Notes: generated by a model from the letters alone, not told the origin. Positions 10,858-21,437 are shown, counted from the first letter of the stretch. The stretch: DNA of 64,000 bases from Promethearchaeota archaeon (GCA_016839745.1 JAEOTS010000080.1:1-64000), one strand, 5' to 3'. Made by a program: numbers and translations.

Positions 10858-11958
10858 ATGGTCGTTATTAAATTAGAAAAAGTAAATAAAAAATTTGCTC
10901 CTGATGTTCATGTTTTAAAAGACATTGATCTCGAAATTAAGGATAAGGAATTCATGGTACTTGTTGGACCTTCGGGTTGTGGGAAATCTACCTGTTTAAA
11001 TGTAATTGCAGGGTTAGAATATGTGACAGATGGTCGCGTATTTTTCGATGATGTGGAGGTTACTCATGTACCTCCAAAAGAGAGGAGGGTTGCCATGGTT
11101 TTTCAAAGTTATGCTTTATATCCTCACATGAATGTTAGAGAAAATATGGGATTCGCTTTAAAAATAGATAAAATGGATAAAGAAGAGATCACTCGAAGAG
11201 TTAAAAGTGCCGCTGAATTATTAGGCATAGGAGAATTACTGGATCGAAAACCTGGTGAGCTTAGTGGGGGTCAACGCCAACGAGTAGCTCTGGGTAGATC
11301 TATTGTTCGTAATCCAACGGTGTTTCTCTTTGATGAGCCATTAAGCAATTTAGATGCAAAATTGAGAATCCAAATGCGTGGTGAAATAATTAAATTACAG
11401 AAGCAACTTAAAATCACCCAAGTCTATGTTACTCATGATCAAGTAGAAGCTATGTCCATGGCTGATCGAATAGCGATTTTAAATGATGGTAAATTTCAGC
11501 AAATAGGAACGCCTACAGAAGTATATAACACACCTAATAACCTTTTTGTTGCAGGATTCATCGGATCACCTACAATGAATTTCATTGATGTGAGACTTAA
11601 TGAGAGGACCGGAGATACGGTTGAATTTGCAGATTTTACTTTTGAGCTAACAAATCAACTTGCTGAAAAAATTAAAAATTCCCCCTCAACTCAGCTAGTA
11701 CTAGGTATTCGACCAGAACATATTAAAATCACACCAGAACCTCATGAAAAATCATTTGAAGTAGATTTGAGTGTTGTAGAATATCTTGGACCAGAAACTT
11801 TGGTAAGGTTTGAACTTTCAGAAAACATCGTTGCTTTAGCGGCACCAACAGGCTATTATCCAGTAAAAATGGGTGAGAAATCTTTTGTTTCTTTTCCGAA
11901 GGAGAAAATTTACATATTTAATAAAGATACAACGCAAAATATATTATATGAAGCATAA
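10858..11958 (+). CDS. malK: Sugar ABC transporter ATP-binding protein
   Basis: GPSGCGKST, VFQSYALYPHM, LSGGQRQRVA, DEPLSNLDAKLR, C-terminal GIRPEH regulatory domain. Confidence 0.9.
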   Translation: MVVIKLEKVNKKFAPDVHVLKDIDLEIKDKEFMVLVGPSGCGKSTCLNVIAGLEYVTDGRVFFDDVEVTHVPPKERRVAMVFQSYALYPHMNVRENMGFALKIDKMDKEEITRRVKSAAELLGIGELLDRKPGELSGGQRQRVALGRSIVRNPTVFLFDEPLSNLDAKLRIQMRGEIIKLQKQLKITQVYVTHDQVEAMSMADRIAILNDGKFQQIGTPTEVYNTPNNLFVAGFIGSPTMNFIDVRLNERTGDTVEFADFTFELTNQLAEKIKNSPSTQLVLGIRPEHIKITPEPHEKSFEVDLSVVEYLGPETLVRFELSENIVALAAPTGYYPVKMGEKSFVSFPKEKIYIFNKDTTQNILYEA

Positions 11959-11983
11959 CTATTAAACAAACATATAGAAAACT

Positions 11984-12469
11984 GTGAGTATCATTCCATT
12001 TATAGCCAATCTTTACGATAAAGCAAAAGAAAATAATGTACTCTCCGGAATAATAATATTCGACATTATTGCATTTCTATCTTATGTTGTAAATCCTTTT
12101 AGTTTTTTTTATGCTGGCGATATCGATCTGATCTTTGGAGGGATAGTAGCTTTACTTTTTGCTCTTAAAAATAGAAAAGAACATCAATCTACGTTAAAAA
12201 CGGGTTTATATGTAGGTTTTTTCGGTGCTATCCTTTCAGCGGTTTCAATTGCTGTCTTTGAATGGGTTTTTTTTATCGTGGTTATAGGATTCAGTTTTGT
12301 TTACTTTTTATCATTACTAGTAACATTTCTACTCATAGCAATCCCTATTGGATTGGTTCTTGGATTGGTAATAGGATATATTTACTATCGTAAGAATCTC
12401 AAGTCTAGTAAATCTAAATCAAATTCTAAGTATACTGATGAATATCTTGAAAATATGTTAAAAAAGTAA
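11984..12469 (+). CDS. Hypothetical membrane protein (~4 TM)
   Basis: 161-aa ORF with several hydrophobic helices and a basic tail. Confidence 0.65.
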   Translation: MSIIPFIANLYDKAKENNVLSGIIIFDIIAFLSYVVNPFSFFYAGDIDLIFGGIVALLFALKNRKEHQSTLKTGLYVGFFGAILSAVSIAVFEWVFFIVVIGFSFVYFLSLLVTFLLIAIPIGLVLGLVIGYIYYRKNLKSSKSKSNSKYTDEYLENMLKK

Positions 12470-12488
12470 ATATTATTTTTTTTTAAAA

Positions 12489-12707
12489 TTATCGAGCTTT
12501 ACTAACTCCTAGAATTTTTCGACAATGTGGACAAAAGAAGACAGTTGTCATAAAAGCCACTGGTGCTAATGTAACTTTAATTGTACTTACTTTTTGATGC
12601 ATACCAGATCCCCCTTCTAATAAATCTTCAATATCGATTTCTTCTTCACAATATGGACAAATTGGATTTAATTCGCTCTTAAATTCGAACTTCTTTGTAA
12701 AGGACAT
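12489..12707 (-). CDS. Small zinc-ribbon protein
   Basis: CPYC...CPHC; ATG at 12707 (MSFTKK), track start 12722. Confidence 0.65.
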   Translation of the reverse strand: MSFTKKFEFKSELNPICPYCEEEIDIEDLLEGGSGMHQKVSTIKVTLAPVAFMTTVFFCPHCRKILGVSKAR

Positions 12708-12986
12708 AGTAATTAATTCCACTAATGTATATTTAAAATTATGCTTTGTCGCTTTGAAGTTTTAGAAATCTATTATCATTTGTTTCACGAGCTTTTAAAA
12801 TCTTATACTAAATTTTTTAAAACACAATTCCTTCTAAGAAGTAAGTTTATATCATAATTGTTATAATAATACTAATACAAAATACTAATTTAACGTAAAA
12901 TTTATAATTACGATTAGCATTTACCGAATCTGCTAATGAATTAAAAGAATTAGGAATTAACTCTATTAAATAGGGATAATAAAACC

Positions 12987-13244
12987 ATGCAAATCTACGA
13001 ATTAAAAATAAATAAAAACACATGCACTGGATGCAACGCGTGTGTCGTGAGTTGCCCTATAAATTTCAATGAATTAAGAAAAATGAGCTATTTAAACGAA
13101 AGTAACGCTGTTATACTAGTTAAAAACGGAATAGCGGTACCTATTTATATCGAGGAGAGAGAGGTTAATTGCGACGGTTGCGGTGTATGTGTTAAAATGT
13201 GTCCTCAAGTTGCAATCAGAATTGAAAATGTGGAGAAAGATTAA
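12987..13244 (+). CDS. fwdG: Formylmethanofuran dehydrogenase subunit G-like 2x[4Fe-4S] ferredoxin
   Basis: CTGCNACVVSCPIN and CDGCGVCVKMCP; 85 aa; first gene of the fwd operon. Confidence 0.75.
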   Translation: MQIYELKINKNTCTGCNACVVSCPINFNELRKMSYLNESNAVILVKNGIAVPIYIEEREVNCDGCGVCVKMCPQVAIRIENVEKD

Positions 13245-13246
13245 AA

Positions 13247-13963
13247 ATGTCGTTTCCTAAAATTTCTAGAACAATTACAAAAGAAATGGAACATATTAAA
13301 GTTCAGTTCCTTACTGAAAATTTAGAGCTTATCTTAAATCGAGAGAAATGTGTTGGATGCGGAACTTGCGCTCGTGTTTGTCCCAAGGATGCAATTTCTC
13401 GTGGACCAGTAGGTATGTCGCGCCGTTTCCCCACAACAGAAGATATAATACCAGAACTTTACGATCCTAAGCTTTGTGTCTTCTGTGGAACTTGCGTTTA
13501 TTGCTGTCCTTTTGGAGCTTTAACCATGAAAAAGGATGGCGAAATTATTAATTTAGCCGATATCCCACTTGTAGCTCAAAAAGTAATGCCAACCCTAGAG
13601 TTTGAAACTAAAAAATTATTGAACGATAGAATCGCAAAACAATGGGCTAAAGCCAAAGTGAAAATCATTGACGAGGAATGCGCTAAAGGATGTGGTTCCT
13701 GCGCTGAAGTTTGTCCATCAGGTTCGATTGAAATTGCTAAAAGAGCCGAGCATGGCTGGGAAATGTCGAAGAATGTGGAGGTTGTAGACGAGGACGCGTG
13801 CGTAGCTTGTGGAGCCTGTGATAACGCTTGCCCAACAGGAGCGTTGGTTCTTGAAATAACCGATATTCATACTTCGGGAGAATTTGAAGAACGCTATTGG
13901 CCGCCTTTAATAGAAAGATTGAAAACTTTAAGATGGAGTACAAAGGAGGAAGCCGAAAAATGA
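13247..13963 (+). CDS. fwdF: Formylmethanofuran dehydrogenase subunit F-like polyferredoxin (4 clusters)
   Basis: Four ferredoxin-type Cys motifs; CVGCGTCARVCPKDAISRGP resembles FwdF. Confidence 0.75.
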   Translation: MSFPKISRTITKEMEHIKVQFLTENLELILNREKCVGCGTCARVCPKDAISRGPVGMSRRFPTTEDIIPELYDPKLCVFCGTCVYCCPFGALTMKKDGEIINLADIPLVAQKVMPTLEFETKKLLNDRIAKQWAKAKVKIIDEECAKGCGSCAEVCPSGSIEIAKRAEHGWEMSKNVEVVDEDACVACGACDNACPTGALVLEITDIHTSGEFEERYWPPLIERLKTLRWSTKEEAEK

Positions 13964-14355
13964 GTTTAGATACCTTAATTCTTTTAACTGGACGCACTAT
14001 AAGTCAAGGAGTAGCTCTTGAAGGCGGAAAAGCATCAAGAGAGAATGTTCGAGCTGCAGGTATTTGCACATTTGATGCTGATGACTTTAAAAAACTCGAT
14101 TGTATTGTTGGGACTCCAGTTAAAGTTATAACAGATTATGGAGAAGTTACAGTATATTCTACAATAACAGAAGAAGGACCTCATCCCGGTATTATTTTTA
14201 TTCCGATGGGCCCTTGGGCAAATCAACTTGTAAATCCTAGTTCTCAAGGATGTGGTACTCCCACTTATAAAGGGATTAAAGCAAAAGTGGAAGTTGTAAA
14301 AAATGGAAAAGTATTGGGTGCCCTTGAGTTAATAGGAAAATTAAAAGAAGCTTAG
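13960..14355 (+). CDS. fwdD: Formylmethanofuran dehydrogenase subunit D
   Basis: LLTGRTISQG, IFIPMGPWAN, GTPTYKG; likely ATG 13960 overlapping the fwdF stop. Confidence 0.9.
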   Translation: MSLDTLILLTGRTISQGVALEGGKASRENVRAAGICTFDADDFKKLDCIVGTPVKVITDYGEVTVYSTITEEGPHPGIIFIPMGPWANQLVNPSSQGCGTPTYKGIKAKVEVVKNGKVLGALELIGKLKEA

Positions 14356-14366
14356 AGGAGAAAAAA

Positions 14367-15692
14367 ATGGTTGAAAAAGTAAAAACGATTGTAGATGTTT
14401 GTTGTCCATTTTGTGGTACTCTCTGCGATGATCTCGAGGTAGACGTTGATCTAAAAACCGATCAGGTGGTAGAAGTAAGAAATGGTTGCCAAATTGGCAC
14501 TAAAAAATATTTTTCATCTAATCCAAGCGATCATCGATATACAAAACCTTTAATTAGAAAAAATGGAGAACATGTAGAAGTCTCGTGGGACGAAGCAATT
14601 GATAAAGCCGCTGATATTCTGGTAAAGGCTCAAAGACCGCTGCTTTATGGATTTTCCAGCACCGAATGCGATGCTCAAAGTAGAGGCGTTGAGTTAGCAG
14701 AGATGTTAAACGCGATATTGGATAATACGGCTTCAGTTTGTCACGGTCCAAGTTTGCTAGCAATTCAAGATGTCGGAGCTTCCCTAGCTACTTTGGGGGA
14801 AATTAAAAATAGAGCAGATACAATTATTTTTTGGGGATCAAATCCAGTTCATGCTCATCCAAGGCACTTAAGTCGATATAGCGATTTCATTAGAGGTTAT
14901 TTTAGAACTGATGGAAGAAACGATAGATATATTGTGGTTGTTGACCCACGATATACTCACACAGCACAAATTGCTGATAAATATATTAAAATAAACCCTA
15001 GTGAAGATTACGAACTAGTTCAAGCAATAAGAGCAGTGTTAAGAGGATCTGATTTAGATGTAAAAGAGATTTCTGGCGTCCCTATAGAAGATATTAAGGA
15101 ATTAGTAGAGATTTTAAAATCAAGTAATTTCGGAGTAGTTTTCTTTGGCATGGGCTTAACCCAGAGTTTAGCGCATCATCGTAATGTAGATACCGCCATA
15201 CGCTTAGTTACTGAATTAAACGATTATACTAAATTCCTTTTAATTCCAATGCGGGGACACTATAACGTTGCAGGAGCAAATCAAGTGTTTGCGTGGAATA
15301 CGGGCTACGCCTATTCGATCGACTTTTCACGAGGCTATCCTCGCTATAATCCAGGAGAATTTTCTTCCGTTGATCTTCTAATGCGGGACGAAGTGGATGC
15401 TTCTTTAATTGTTGCATCTGATCCTGGAAGTAATTTTCCCGCAGCTTCAGTAAAAAACTTATTTAAACATCCTCTAATTGCAATCGAACCACATAAAACA
15501 CCAACTTCAGCATTTGCTGACGTTGTATTACCCGCAGCTATCGCTGGAATCGAATGTGAAGGAACTGCGTACCGAATGGACAAAGTTCCTTTAAGGTTGA
15601 GGAAAGTAAAAGAAGCACCAGGAGAGAGTTTATCTGATAAAGAGATTTTAGAAAGATTAATTGAAAAAGTGAAAGAGAAGTTGGGTGAATAA
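14367..15692 (+). CDS. fwdB: Formylmethanofuran dehydrogenase subunit B (W/Mo-pterin, Cys ligand)
   Basis: CPFCGTLCDD, ASVCHGPS, KNRAD, NPVHAHPRH, PMRGHYNVAG, GTAYRMD. Confidence 0.95.
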   Translation: MVEKVKTIVDVCCPFCGTLCDDLEVDVDLKTDQVVEVRNGCQIGTKKYFSSNPSDHRYTKPLIRKNGEHVEVSWDEAIDKAADILVKAQRPLLYGFSSTECDAQSRGVELAEMLNAILDNTASVCHGPSLLAIQDVGASLATLGEIKNRADTIIFWGSNPVHAHPRHLSRYSDFIRGYFRTDGRNDRYIVVVDPRYTHTAQIADKYIKINPSEDYELVQAIRAVLRGSDLDVKEISGVPIEDIKELVEILKSSNFGVVFFGMGLTQSLAHHRNVDTAIRLVTELNDYTKFLLIPMRGHYNVAGANQVFAWNTGYAYSIDFSRGYPRYNPGEFSSVDLLMRDEVDASLIVASDPGSNFPAASVKNLFKHPLIAIEPHKTPTSAFADVVLPAAIAGIECEGTAYRMDKVPLRLRKVKEAPGESLSDKEILERLIEKVKEKLGE

Positions 15693-16505
15693 ATGGTGGA
15701 TGAGATTAAATTAAAAATAAAGAAAAAACTTGAATTTCCTTTAGAAGCAGATAGTATTACCCCAGATAACTTTGCAGGGAAAACTGCAGCTGAGATAAAA
15801 AAATTACCCTTATACTATGCAACAAAAAAGGTAAAAATAGGAGACTTTTTTGATATATCTGGAAAATCAACTGAGGTTGCTAATACTAAGATCATCATGG
15901 ATGGTGATTTATCTAACGTTAAACGAATTGGTGAAAAAATGACGGGTGGAGAAATAGAGATAAATAGCGATGTGGGTATGCACATCGGAAACAATATGTC
16001 TGGTGGAAAAATAGTAGTTCACGGAAATGCTGACGATTGGGCTGGTGCTATGCTTCAAGGAGGTGAACTCGAAATTAATGGAGACGCTGGACATTACGTT
16101 GGATCCGCTTATAGAGGATTTTGGCAAGGTATGAAAAACGGTATTATCAAAGTTAAGGGAAAAGTAGGAGTGGAGGCCATGCTTTGGGCAAAGAGTTCAA
16201 AACCCGCAAACAAATGGCCAACATTATATTGTGGTAGCGCAGATTCTTTTTTGGGAATTCATAATCATGGCGGTACTATAGTTGTTGAAGGAAATGTGGA
16301 TCGCTGTGCCGGAGCAGACCAAGCGTGGGGGAGCATTGTAATCAAAGGAAAAGTTTCTAGACTTCTACCTTCATATAAGAAAGTCGGAGAAGTCAAAGAG
16401 GTTCAACTTCCAAACGGAGAAGTGATTAAAGGAAAATTTATTGAGTATAGTGGAGATCACACCATTAAGAAAGAAACTAACGGCAGATTATACGTTGCTG
16501 CTTAA
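15693..16505 (+). CDS. fwdC: Formylmethanofuran dehydrogenase subunit C
   Basis: PLEADSITPD, GxxMxGG beta-helix repeats, VGSAYRG. Confidence 0.9.
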   Translation: MVDEIKLKIKKKLEFPLEADSITPDNFAGKTAAEIKKLPLYYATKKVKIGDFFDISGKSTEVANTKIIMDGDLSNVKRIGEKMTGGEIEINSDVGMHIGNNMSGGKIVVHGNADDWAGAMLQGGELEINGDAGHYVGSAYRGFWQGMKNGIIKVKGKVGVEAMLWAKSSKPANKWPTLYCGSADSFLGIHNHGGTIVVEGNVDRCAGADQAWGSIVIKGKVSRLLPSYKKVGEVKEVQLPNGEVIKGKFIEYSGDHTIKKETNGRLYVAA

Positions 16506-16697
16506 TCTTCTTTAGTAACCGTTTTTATTTTAGACTATTTCTGTTAAAAATATTATTTTAACAATATTTGCTAACATAGTATTTAGACGACAAAATTTTC
16601 GTGTTGTTTAGATAATTAAAAAGACAAAATTAATATTGCTAAATTACTTAAATTCTTCTTAAATAGAAATTCGTTTATAAAAATCAGTGTTTATTTA

Positions 16698-19600
16698 ATG
16701 AAAAAATTAAATATTAGGAACAAAGAAGTTCATATACTAGTCTTATTTGGCTTACTTGCTTTACTGTTCGTTTCCGTGAACCTTGCGAAAAACTATTTTC
16801 CTCAAGGAAACTACATTTTTGACGATGAATTACCAAGATCAGCAGCAATTTCAATTAATATAGTCTCACCCACTGCTAACGATAATTTTAGTTCTACACC
16901 ACCTGATTTTGTAGTTGAGATAGACGATGCCGTTAATCCTATAGATACGATGTGGTATACAATCGATGGAGGTGCAACGAATATTACCTTCCTAACGAAT
17001 GGAACTATCGATCAAAACAATTGGACAGCTCTTGCCGATGGTCCAGTAACTTTAACTTTTTACGCTAACAATAGTATTTCTGAAATTGATTCCGCGTCAA
17101 GAAGCATTAACAAAGATACTGGCGCTCCAGTAGTCACCGTTACTTCGCCTACGGGAGGAGACTATTTTGACGCAACAGCACCAGCTTACATTGTGGAAAT
17201 AAGCGATACTGATAGCTCTATAGATACAATGTGGTATACGATCGATGGAGGTATAACGAATATTACCTTCATAACAAATGGAACTATCGATCAAAACAAC
17301 TGGACTGCTCTCGGAGATGGTCCTGTTACAATTATGTTCTATGCAAACGATTCTGCCGGAAATCTAGACTCGGATTCAGTAATAATAAATAAAGATGCAA
17401 CCGATCCAACAGTTTCTATTACTTCCCCGACAGGAGGAGAATATTACGACGCTTCAGCACCTAGTTTTACAGTTGAGATTGTAGAAGTCAATCTTGATAC
17501 GATGTGGTATACGATCAATGGAGGTGTCACGAATATTACATTCCTAACAAACGGAACTATCGATCAAAACAACTGGACTGCTCTCGGGGATGGCCCTGTT
17601 ACGATCGCGTTCTATGCGAACGATTCTGCGGGTAATATAGGATCAGATAGTAAGATTGTAAATAAAGACACTGGCAATCCAATAGTCACCATCTCGTCGC
17701 CAACTGGTGGAGAGTATTTTGACGCGACAGCACCAGCTTACATTGTAGAAATAAGCGATACTGGTAGTCCTATAGATACGATGTGGTATACGATCGATGG
17801 AGGCGTAACGAATATTACCTTCCTAACAAATGGAACTATAAATCAAGTTGAATGGACTGCTCTCGGGGATGGCCCTGTTACGATCGCGTTCTATGCGAAC
17901 GATTCTATTGGTAATATAGGATCAGATAGTAAGATTGTAAATAAAGATACAGGGGATCCAACAGTGTCTATTACTTCACCAACTGGTGGAGAGTATTTTG
18001 ACGCGACAGCACCAGCTTACATTGTAGAAATAAGCGATACTGGTAGTCCTATAGATACGATGTGGTATACGATCGATGGAGGCGTAACGAATATTACCTT
18101 CCTAGCAAACGGAACTATCGATCAGAACAACTGGACAGCTCTCGTTGACGGAATTATAACAATGGTTTTCTATGCGAACGATTCTGCTGGAAATGTTAAT
18201 TCTAATACAGTAATCGTGAATAAAGATGCAACCGATCCAACCGTTTTTATTACTTCGCCAACGGGGGGACAATATTTTGACGCTACAGCACCTAGTTTTA
18301 CTGTTGAGATAACTGACGACAATCTTGATAAGATGTGGTATACGATCGATGGAGGAGCGAACATTATGTTTACATTAAATGGATCTATCGATCAGAACAA
18401 CTGGACACTTCTTGCTGACGGTTCTGTAACGATAATATTTTATGCTAACGATTCTGCAGGTAATGTTAACTCTGATACAGTAAATGTGAATAAAGATACT
18501 ACTGCTCCAACGCTCAATATTGTTTCTCCGCTCCTTGGTCAAACATTTGGTGCAGCAGCACCAAATTTTATCGTAGAGATTGACGATGATATCCTTGATA
18601 CAATGTGGTATACGATCGATGGAGGTGTAACGAATATTACATTCCTAACAAATGGAACTATAGATCAAGTTGAATGGACAGCCCTCGCTAATGGCCCAGT
18701 GATCATAACTTTTTATGCAAATGACAGCTTTGGTCACATGAATTTTGCTTCAAGAAATTTTAATAAAAACGCTGAAGCACCAAATATTAACGTAGTATCA
18801 CCAACCTCAGATTCTTATTTCGGAATATCGGCTCCAAATTTTATTGTTGAGATAACCGATGGCGATCTTGACACGATGTGGTATACAATTGATGGAGGTG
18901 TAACGAATATTACCTTTACTGTTAATGGAACTATCGATCAGAATAATTGGACTGCGCACATTGACGGTGCTGTGACATTAATTTTCTACGCAAACGACTC
19001 GGTAGGTAATTTTGCTTCTGAACTCGTTCTCATCAATAAAGATACGGTTGCTCCGACGGTTAATATAATATCTCCGTCATTGCTTCAGCTACTGGGCATT
19101 AATTCACCAAGTTTTATAGTTGAAATTGATGACCCTATTTTAGACGCAATGTGGTATTCTCTTGATATGGGATTGACTAACTATACATTTATGGCTAATG
19201 GAACCTTTAATCCATCAGCTTGGGGTTCTGTTGCCAATGGAACAGTGACGATCTATTTCTATGCAAATGATTTAGTTGGTAACGAAGCATTTGATTCAGT
19301 TGTTGTAAGAGTAGACAAAATAATTCCGACGATAACAGTTAATCTGCCATTAGATGGTAGCGTGATAGGAACTCGACCTATTATTAATATTACTGTAAAC
19401 GATACAAACGTAGATTCGATTTGGTACAGCGTAGACTCAAATATTATGGCATTAGCTAATAATTCTGACCAGTTATTGAACCTATTGATCTGGAATGCTT
19501 TACCAGAAGGTCCGTTCACAATTGAGTTATATGCTAATGATACAGCAGGAAACCTAAATAATTTCTACACGATAAATCTTATTAAAGATATTTCTGCACC

Positions 19601-20336
19601 TATAGTTAGTATTGTACATCCTCTACCTAATGCAACATATAGCAGCAACTCTCCACAGATCACATTAACTATTAACGATGCGACACTCGATACTACTTGG
19701 TATTCAATTGTAGCAACTAGTTATACATTCGAATTTACAGCCACCATCGGAACCAATGTTATAACCATTAACCAAGCAGCGTGGAATTCTCTTTTAAATG
19801 GGCCAGTTACGATTGAATTCTATGCCAACGATAGCCTTGGAAGAATCTCATCTGATAATATTACGGTAATTAGGAACGCACCATTAATTACTATTGAACT
19901 TCCTCTACCTGATGCAACATATGGTAGTAGCGCTCCACAGATCACATTAACTATTAACGATGCGACACTCGATACTACTTGGTATTCAATTGTAGGAACT
20001 AATTATACATTCGTATTTACAGCCAACAACGGAACCAATGTTATAACTATTAACCAAACAGCGTGGGATTCTCTTTCAAATGGGCCAGTTACGATTGTAT
20101 TCTATGCCAACGATAGCCTTGGAAGAATCTCATCTGATAGTATTGCGTTAAATAAAGAAGTAACAGAGGTTTTTGACCTCTGGTCAGAGCTTATTGCGTT
20201 CCTATTAAGCCCAATAGGACTTACAATTATTGGTTCTGTTATAGCAATTGTAGTAATAGCAATTATACTTAAAAGACGGAAAACTCATAGAACCAGTGAT
20301 AAGGAAGTACGAAAAATCGAAAGTTTATGGGACTAA
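16698..20336 (+). CDS. Large cell-surface glycoprotein with 12 tandem Ig-like repeats and a C-terminal TM anchor
   Basis: N-terminal hydrophobic segment; 12 repeats of about 92 aa (P..V.I.SP...D.MWYTIDGG...FYANDS.GN); many NxS/T sequons; C-terminal TM + KRRK tail. Confidence 0.85.
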   Translation: MKKLNIRNKEVHILVLFGLLALLFVSVNLAKNYFPQGNYIFDDELPRSAAISINIVSPTANDNFSSTPPDFVVEIDDAVNPIDTMWYTIDGGATNITFLTNGTIDQNNWTALADGPVTLTFYANNSISEIDSASRSINKDTGAPVVTVTSPTGGDYFDATAPAYIVEISDTDSSIDTMWYTIDGGITNITFITNGTIDQNNWTALGDGPVTIMFYANDSAGNLDSDSVIINKDATDPTVSITSPTGGEYYDASAPSFTVEIVEVNLDTMWYTINGGVTNITFLTNGTIDQNNWTALGDGPVTIAFYANDSAGNIGSDSKIVNKDTGNPIVTISSPTGGEYFDATAPAYIVEISDTGSPIDTMWYTIDGGVTNITFLTNGTINQVEWTALGDGPVTIAFYANDSIGNIGSDSKIVNKDTGDPTVSITSPTGGEYFDATAPAYIVEISDTGSPIDTMWYTIDGGVTNITFLANGTIDQNNWTALVDGIITMVFYANDSAGNVNSNTVIVNKDATDPTVFITSPTGGQYFDATAPSFTVEITDDNLDKMWYTIDGGANIMFTLNGSIDQNNWTLLADGSVTIIFYANDSAGNVNSDTVNVNKDTTAPTLNIVSPLLGQTFGAAAPNFIVEIDDDILDTMWYTIDGGVTNITFLTNGTIDQVEWTALANGPVIITFYANDSFGHMNFASRNFNKNAEAPNINVVSPTSDSYFGISAPNFIVEITDGDLDTMWYTIDGGVTNITFTVNGTIDQNNWTAHIDGAVTLIFYANDSVGNFASELVLINKDTVAPTVNIISPSLLQLLGINSPSFIVEIDDPILDAMWYSLDMGLTNYTFMANGTFNPSAWGSVANGTVTIYFYANDLVGNEAFDSVVVRVDKIIPTITVNLPLDGSVIGTRPIINITVNDTNVDSIWYSVDSNIMALANNSDQLLNLLIWNALPEGPFTIELYANDTAGNLNNFYTINLIKDISAPIVSIVHPLPNATYSSNSPQITLTINDATLDTTWYSIVATSYTFEFTATIGTNVITINQAAWNSLLNGPVTIEFYANDSLGRISSDNITVIRNAPLITIELPLPDATYGSSAPQITLTINDATLDTTWYSIVGTNYTFVFTANNGTNVITINQTAWDSLSNGPVTIVFYANDSLGRISSDSIALNKEVTEVFDLWSELIAFLLSPIGLTIIGSVIAIVVIAIILKRRKTHRTSDKEVRKIESLWD
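16850..20155 (+). repeat. Intragenic tandem repeats of about 270-282 bp
   Basis: Near-identical block caactggtggagagtattttgacgcgacagcaccagc at 17701 and 17980 (279-bp spacing); last two units (about 19620 and 19900) are also near-identical. Confidence 0.9.
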
Positions 20337-20483
20337 ATCTATTACACACTTTTTTTTTATTTTTCAGTTTTATTTCTTTGTTAATTTGATTATAATGAAT
20401 AAAAGTTGATTTTATTGGTTATGAGATCAATATTTATTTAAGAAGTCTTGATTATCTACCTCAATTAAGAAAAGGTCAGTATC

Positions 20484-21293
20484 ATGTTTCAAAAAAAAGT
20501 TAAAATTACGAGAATTTTCAAAGAAGAAAGAAAGGAAGAACTGGACACCGTTTTACTAGAAAGCCCGATTGATTTTTTTATCAATTCGAAACCGTTGGTG
20601 AATATAATCTGTCTGAATAAAGATTTAAAGGAATTAACGGTAGGTTTCTTGTTTTCTATCGGGATTATAAATGATATGAACGATATCAGTATAATAAAAA
20701 TTGATAACATAGAAGGCCGGGTTTACGTCGAGTTGGTAGACTCTATAGATTTTAATTTGGAAAAGATGGAGCTTACCCCAATCAGCAGAATTATTGATAC
20801 TACTTGTGGAATTCCTTCTCCTTGGCGTAATTTGATTAAAGAGAAATTAATTGAGACTGACAACATACTAAATTTGGACACAGAATTTACAGTGAGCTCA
20901 GAACTCATTTTTTCATCAATAATAGAGATGCAAAAAAATACGCTCTTATTTAGAGAAACGGGAGGTTGTCATGGGGCTGCGATATTCGATCTTTATGGTT
21001 CTCTTATAACAGTTAAAGAAGACATAGGAAGACATAACGCTATAGACAAAGTAATTGGCGCGTTACTATTGAAAAAAGAGCCTTTTGACAATAAAATTCT
21101 TACTTCAACAGGGAGGTTAACTGGGGATTCAGTTCTTAAAGCAGTAAGAGCACAAATTCCAATTGTAGCTTCTTTATCCGCAGCTATTGAATCAGGTATA
21201 AGACTGGCTGATTCTTATGGGATTACTTTAATTGGATTTGCTCGAGGCAAGAAGATGAATATTTACACACACTCTAAAAGAATAAAGCTTTAA
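20484..21293 (+). CDS. fdhD: Formate dehydrogenase accessory sulfurtransferase FdhD
   Basis: TTCG, FRETGGCHGAA, EDIGRHNAIDKVIG, TGR, LIGFARG. Confidence 0.92.
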   Translation: MFQKKVKITRIFKEERKEELDTVLLESPIDFFINSKPLVNIICLNKDLKELTVGFLFSIGIINDMNDISIIKIDNIEGRVYVELVDSIDFNLEKMELTPISRIIDTTCGIPSPWRNLIKEKLIETDNILNLDTEFTVSSELIFSSIIEMQKNTLLFRETGGCHGAAIFDLYGSLITVKEDIGRHNAIDKVIGALLLKKEPFDNKILTSTGRLTGDSVLKAVRAQIPIVASLSAAIESGIRLADSYGITLIGFARGKKMNIYTHSKRIKL

Positions 21294-21437
21294 CTATACA
21301 ATTATTGTTAAACAGCTTCAAGACTATAATCTTTTTTTATTTTTAATTTACCCAATATTAGCAAGTTAGAATAGAATTAAAAACTTTAATTTCTATATTA
21401 TCATATCTAGCTTAATGTAATTTACTTATAATATTAA

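Noticed and set aside
13897-13959. N-terminal extension of FwdD
   Set aside because: Overlaps fwdF; FwdD-like sequence begins at ATG 13960
14367-15692. Selenocysteine-containing FwdB or a SECIS element
   Set aside because: The metal-ligand codon is TGT (Cys) and the ORF is uninterrupted; no TGA in a Sec-like context was noticed elsewhere
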